NCBI GenBank assembly: GCA_029560465.1
Contig: JAKQKX010000073.1
Location: forward strand, 15,411 to 79,410
Length of the DNA stretch: 64,000 nt
Source of the DNA: Candidatus Omnitrophota bacterium
GTDB lineage: Bacteria > Omnitrophota > Gorgyraeia > Zapsychrales > JANLHA01
Reading direction: 5' to 3'
In this document: piece by piece, positions 57,232-64,000 of the stretch
Position numbering within the stretch: position 1 is the first letter of the stretch
Layout of the letters: each line of letters starts with the position of its first letter
Made by a program: the position numbers and the translations under genes
Notes under the pieces: model-generated
The model's input: only the letters and a program-made list of their open reading frames with translations
Told to the model about the DNA's origin: nothing
The model's database searches: none

Positions 57232-58572
57232 ATGAACCTATTGCTCCTGTGGGAAAAAATTCAGCCCCAAATTCGCGAACAGTTAGGGGCAACAACTTAC
57301 GACACGTGGTTTTCTTCCATTCAAATACAATCTCCCAATTCAGACAATCTTATTATTAACACTCCTGATGAATTTTTCCAAAACTGGTTTATAGAACACT
57401 ACCTTCCAATTATTAAACACCATCTTGGTTCTCTCATAAACCATCAAATTCATTACGAAGTCGCCATAAACCCATTAGAGGTTCCAAACAAGCCGGCAAC
57501 ACAACAAATCATCCACAACGAAAACCTCGCTCCTAAAAAAGAAGACCAGCTACCCATTCATCTCAACCCACGATTTTCTTTTGATAATTTCGTTGTCGGG
57601 CCATCGAACAGGTTTGCTTATTCGGCCTGCATGGCTGTCGCAGAATCCCCGGCGAAGGCGTATAACCCTCTATTTATATATGGTCATGTTGGGCTTGGGA
57701 AAACCCACCTCATGCAGGCGATCACACATCAAATTCAAAAAAACTCTCCAAACAGCACCTGTTGTTATCTTTCTTCTGAACGATTCACAAATGAATTAAT
57801 CGACGCTATCCGGCATCGATCTACCGCTAATTTCAGAAAAAAATACCGGCATATCGATGTTTTACTTATAGATGATATCCACTTCCTGGCAGGCAAAGAG
57901 TCCACGCAGGAAGAATTCTTCCATACATTTAACACGCTTCATAATAATCACAAACAAATCATCATATCTTCTGATCGTCCTCCAAAAGAAATATCCAATT
58001 TAGAAGAACGCTTAAGTTCCCGTTTTGCTTGGGGCTTAATCACTGATATTCAACCGCCGGATTTTGAAACGCGGGTCGCAATATTAAGAAAAAAAGTTGA
58101 AAAAGAGCCCGTTAGGGTTCCTGAAGAAGTAATTACATTTATCGCTGAACAAATTAAAACTAATATTCGAGAGCTAGAGGGTGCGCTCATCAGAGTTTTA
58201 GCTTATTCTTTGCTAGAAGAACATCCCATCACTTTGGATATGACAAAAATTGTCCTCCGAGATATGGTTAAAGAAACGGTTAAAATTATCAGCATCGAAA
58301 TGATTCAAAAAACCGTTGCTGAGTTTTTTAATATCTCTTGTTCTGATTTAAAAGCCAAAAAAAGAACTCAAAATATTTTAAAACCAAGACAAGTTGCAAT
58401 GTATTTATCAAGACGTTTAACGAATCTTTCGCTACCGGAGATAGGAAATTCTTTCGGTGGGAAAGATCACACAACGGTATTGCATTCATTAAGAAAAATA
58501 GAGGAGAATTTAAAGGAAGATTTTCAATTAAAAAATGAAATAGAAAAATTACTAACAACATTAAAACAATAA
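57232..58572 (+). CDS. dnaA: Chromosomal replication initiator DnaA
   Basis: F.FDNFVVG.SN, YNPLFIYG.VGLGKTHL, LIDDI.FL, QEEFFHTFN, RELEGA, GGKDHTTV. Confidence 0.99.
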   Translation: MNLLLLWEKIQPQIREQLGATTYDTWFSSIQIQSPNSDNLIINTPDEFFQNWFIEHYLPIIKHHLGSLINHQIHYEVAINPLEVPNKPATQQIIHNENLAPKKEDQLPIHLNPRFSFDNFVVGPSNRFAYSACMAVAESPAKAYNPLFIYGHVGLGKTHLMQAITHQIQKNSPNSTCCYLSSERFTNELIDAIRHRSTANFRKKYRHIDVLLIDDIHFLAGKESTQEEFFHTFNTLHNNHKQIIISSDRPPKEISNLEERLSSRFAWGLITDIQPPDFETRVAILRKKVEKEPVRVPEEVITFIAEQIKTNIRELEGALIRVLAYSLLEEHPITLDMTKIVLRDMVKETVKIISIEMIQKTVAEFFNISCSDLKAKKRTQNILKPRQVAMYLSRRLTNLSLPEIGNSFGGKDHTTVLHSLRKIEENLKEDFQLKNEIEKLLTTLKQ

Positions 58573-58728
58573 TCCTCCAAATACACACGGCTTTTCAACA
58601 AAAATTATTTATTTAACTTGTTATATTTCAACGTGTTTTAACCTTATTCAATTTTTCACAAGCTCTACTATTATGACTACGGTCTATTATAAATAATTAA
58701 TCGAATTAGTAGCAAAAGTGGGGATTTT
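58573..58728. other. oriC unwinding region (tandem DnaA boxes, DnaA-trios, AT-rich stretch)
   Basis: TTATTCAAT/TTTTTCACA (58644-58660), AGCT, CTA-CTA-TTA-TGA-CTA (58665-58679), then TATTATAAATAATTAAT; strand composition changes here. Confidence 0.8.
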
Positions 58729-59817
58729 ATGAAAATCAAAATTAGTAAAGAAAAATTATTAGAAAGCATCCAAATCGTACAAAATATCGTTTCATCCAAA
58801 ACAACACTTCCTATCCTTTCTAATATATTATTAGAAACAAAAGGAAAAGAATTAAAAGTAAACACAACCGATTTGGATATTGGTATTTCCTGTGGAATAC
58901 CTGTAGATATTATTGAAGAAGGGTCAATAACAATTCCAGCAAAAAGATTTAGCGATATTGTCAAAGAATTACCCTCTGGGGATATTTCTATTCATGTGAA
59001 AAAAAATAATCAGGTTGACATTGATGGAGAAAAATGCCGTTTTAAATTATTGGGGTTGCCTCGGGAAGAATTTCCAAAATTTCCGGAATTTAAAGACAGG
59101 GAAGTGATTAAAATAGAGCAGGCTGTTTTAAAGGAAATGATCCGCTTGACATCTTTCGCTGTTTCTCATGAAGAAACCCGATATATTTTAAATGGTATTT
59201 TAATAGAAATTAATGATAGTAACATAAAAATGGTTGCCACGGATGGAAAAAGGTTGGCAAAGGCTGACGATAAAATTTTAACACCAACTAAAAAAGAAAT
59301 TTCGGTCATTGTTCCTATAAAAGCAATACAAGAAATCTTTCGGAATTTACATGATGAAGGGGAAGTTTCCTTTGTTGTTGGAAATAATCAAGTTTTGTTT
59401 GATATTGACGGAATTTTAATAGCAACCCGGATTATAGAAGGGGATTTCCCAAATTATAATCAAGTTATTCCAAGCCCAATGACAACAAAAATAAAAATTC
59501 ATACACAACAATTTTTAAGCGCTATTCGTCGGGCTAATTTGCTTTCTACTCCGGATTTTCAGGCGATTAAGTTCGAAGTTTTTTCTGACAAGATCGTTGT
59601 TTCTAAAATTACTCCCGATGTCGGGGAATCCCGGGAAGAGGTCCCTATTCAGTATAGCGGAAAAGAGTTGGTAGTCGGGTTTAATCCGCAGTTTTTTATA
59701 GATGTTTTAAAAAATATTAACAGTAATAATATTGATTTAGAATTGTTGGGTCCGGATAAAGCCGCGGTGATTCGGCAGGAAAACTATTTGTATTTGGCTT
59801 TACCTATGCGCATATGA
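58729..59817 (+). CDS. dnaN: DNA polymerase III beta sliding clamp
   Basis: PILSNILL, TDLD, VATDG.RL, G.FPNY..VIP, GFN..F..D.L, LPMR. Confidence 0.98.
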   Translation: MKIKISKEKLLESIQIVQNIVSSKTTLPILSNILLETKGKELKVNTTDLDIGISCGIPVDIIEEGSITIPAKRFSDIVKELPSGDISIHVKKNNQVDIDGEKCRFKLLGLPREEFPKFPEFKDREVIKIEQAVLKEMIRLTSFAVSHEETRYILNGILIEINDSNIKMVATDGKRLAKADDKILTPTKKEISVIVPIKAIQEIFRNLHDEGEVSFVVGNNQVLFDIDGILIATRIIEGDFPNYNQVIPSPMTTKIKIHTQQFLSAIRRANLLSTPDFQAIKFEVFSDKIVVSKITPDVGESREEVPIQYSGKELVVGFNPQFFIDVLKNINSNNIDLELLGPDKAAVIRQENYLYLALPMRI

Positions 59818-59829
59818 AAAATTGACAGC

Positions 59830-62573
<2,744 letters not shown>

Positions 62574-62640
62574 GCAATGTTTTTGTGCCAGAGCGAGAAC
62601 AGAGACACAAGAGCCCTATAAAAGAAAGGTGTTTATTTAG

Positions 62641-64000
62641 ATGGACAGCGCACCCATAAAAGAAAAAATAATTCCTGTTTATATAGAAGAAGAAATGAAA
62701 AGCTCGTATCTTTCTTACTCCATGAGCGTTATTGTGGGGCGAGCTTTGCCCGATGTTCGCGACGGCCTTAAGCCGGTGCACCGGCGGATCCTTTATGCCA
62801 TGAAAAGCCTGGGCTTGGATTCCGGCAAGCCTTTTAAAAAGAGCGCAACCATTGTCGGGGAGGTTTTAGGTAAATATCATCCTCATGGAGATGCGGCGGT
62901 TTATGAGACGATGGTTCGCATGGTGCAAGATTTTTCTCTGCGTTACCCGTTGATAAACGGACAAGGGAATTATGGATCTATCGACGGGGACAGTGCGGCA
63001 GCTTATCGATACACGGAAGCGCGTTTGGCGTCCATCTCCGAAGAGATGTTGAAAGACATTGATAAAAACACGGTGGATTTTTCTCCGAATTTTGATGGGA
63101 GCACGAAAGAGCCGGAGGTTCTGCCTTCAGGTATTCCCAACTTACTTGTGAATGGCTCTAGCGGGATTGCCGTTGGGATGGCGACGAACATGGCTCCGCA
63201 CAATTTAAGCGAAGTCATAGACGGGCTGATTTTTTTTATTGACAATCCAGAAGCTAAAGTTAAAGAGCTTCTGAAATATATTAAAGGCCCGGATTTCCCG
63301 ACGGGGGGCATTATTTGCGGCAAGGAGGGCATCCGGGACGCTTATGAAACCGGCAGGGGGAAGCTTTTGGTGCGGGCGAAAGCCGCGGTGGAACGGCAGA
63401 AGGGAAGCAAAGACACCATTATTATAACGGAATTGCCCTATCAGGTTAACAAGGCCAATCTTGTTAAAGCCATCGCGGATCACATTTCGAATAAAAGTGT
63501 CGACGGCATTGTCGACATCAGAGACGAATCAGACAAGGACGGGATTCGGGTTGTTATCGAGCTGCGTCGAGATGTTCAGCCACAGCTGATTTTGAATTAT
63601 TTATATAAGCACACACAGCTGGAAACGACATTTGGGATCATCAACCTGGCCCTGGTGAACAATAGCCCCAAGGTCTTGTCTTTGAGGCAACTTCTGAGCC
63701 AGTATATTAATCATCGCAGGATTGTTGTGCGCCGAAGAACACAGTTTGATCTTGAAAAGGCCTTGAAGAGGGCCCATATTTTAGAAGGGTTGCGCATAGC
63801 GGTTAAATTTATTGACGAAATCATCCAGCTCATCCGCTCGTCTAAAAGTACACCGGAAGCCAAGATAAAGCTCATGAAGCGGTTTAGCCTTTCCGAGATT
63901 CAGGCGCAAGCCATTTTGGAAATGCAATTGCAGCGATTAACGGCTTTGGAACGCAATAAAATAGAAGAAGAGTATAAAGAGTTGTTGAAAGATATTGAGC
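62641..64000 (+). CDS. gyrA: DNA gyrase subunit A (runs off the window end)
   Basis: Manual translation [49 protein letters not shown]...KYHPHGD...[10 protein letters not shown]. Confidence 0.97.
   Translation, partial: MDSAPIKEKIIPVYIEEEMKSSYLSYSMSVIVGRALPDVRDGLKPVHRRILYAMKSLGLDSGKPFKKSATIVGEVLGKYHPHGDAAVYETMVRMVQDFSLRYPLINGQGNYGSIDGDSAAAYRYTEARLASISEEMLKDIDKNTVDFSPNFDGSTKEPEVLPSGIPNLLVNGSSGIAVGMATNMAPHNLSEVIDGLIFFIDNPEAKVKELLKYIKGPDFPTGGIICGKEGIRDAYETGRGKLLVRAKAAVERQKGSKDTIIITELPYQVNKANLVKAIADHISNKSVDGIVDIRDESDKDGIRVVIELRRDVQPQLILNYLYKHTQLETTFGIINLALVNNSPKVLSLRQLLSQYINHRRIVVRRRTQFDLEKALKRAHILEGLRIAVKFIDEIIQLIRSSKSTPEAKIKLMKRFSLSEIQAQAILEMQLQRLTALERNKIEEEYKELLKDIE

Overview
Bacterial chromosomal segment spanning the replication origin. 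Gene content and protein style suggest Candidatus Omnitrophota or a related streamlined anaerobe, but this is inference only. The right half (~34-64 kb) is core housekeeping: gyrA/gyrB/dciA/dnaN, oriC with DnaA boxes and DnaA-trios, dnaA, rpmH-yidD-yidC-Jag_N-parS-parA-parB, yicC-gmk-rpoZ-coaC, tRNA-Cys/Leu/Val, thrS-infC-rpmI-rplT, trkAH, pheST, 6S RNA, rarA, ygfA, rny, ymdB, PilZ, gltX and tRNA-Gln. The left half is accessory or metabolic: a B12-radical SAM gene plus TetR-TolC-MFP-RND efflux, pfk, patatin, an exported nitroreductase, a full phoBR-pstSCAB1B2-phoU locus, glnS, signalling genes and a PAS-PAS-GAF-GGDEF protein. The best candidate for an undescribed system is a tightly packed six-gene operon, larE-larB-cupin-SAM methyltransferase-radical SAM/SPASM-membrane protein (9965-14368), which has pincer-cofactor biosynthesis genes but no larC or larA. 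Other notable observations: a PstB pair with complementary degenerate motifs, an RND pump lacking the TM4 aspartates paired with a very short adaptor, a probable AUU start for the B12-radical SAM gene, an unannotated 45-aa lipoprotein, no rnpA at its usual locus, and several domain-trimmed core proteins. No CRISPR array, rRNA or mobile element was seen.
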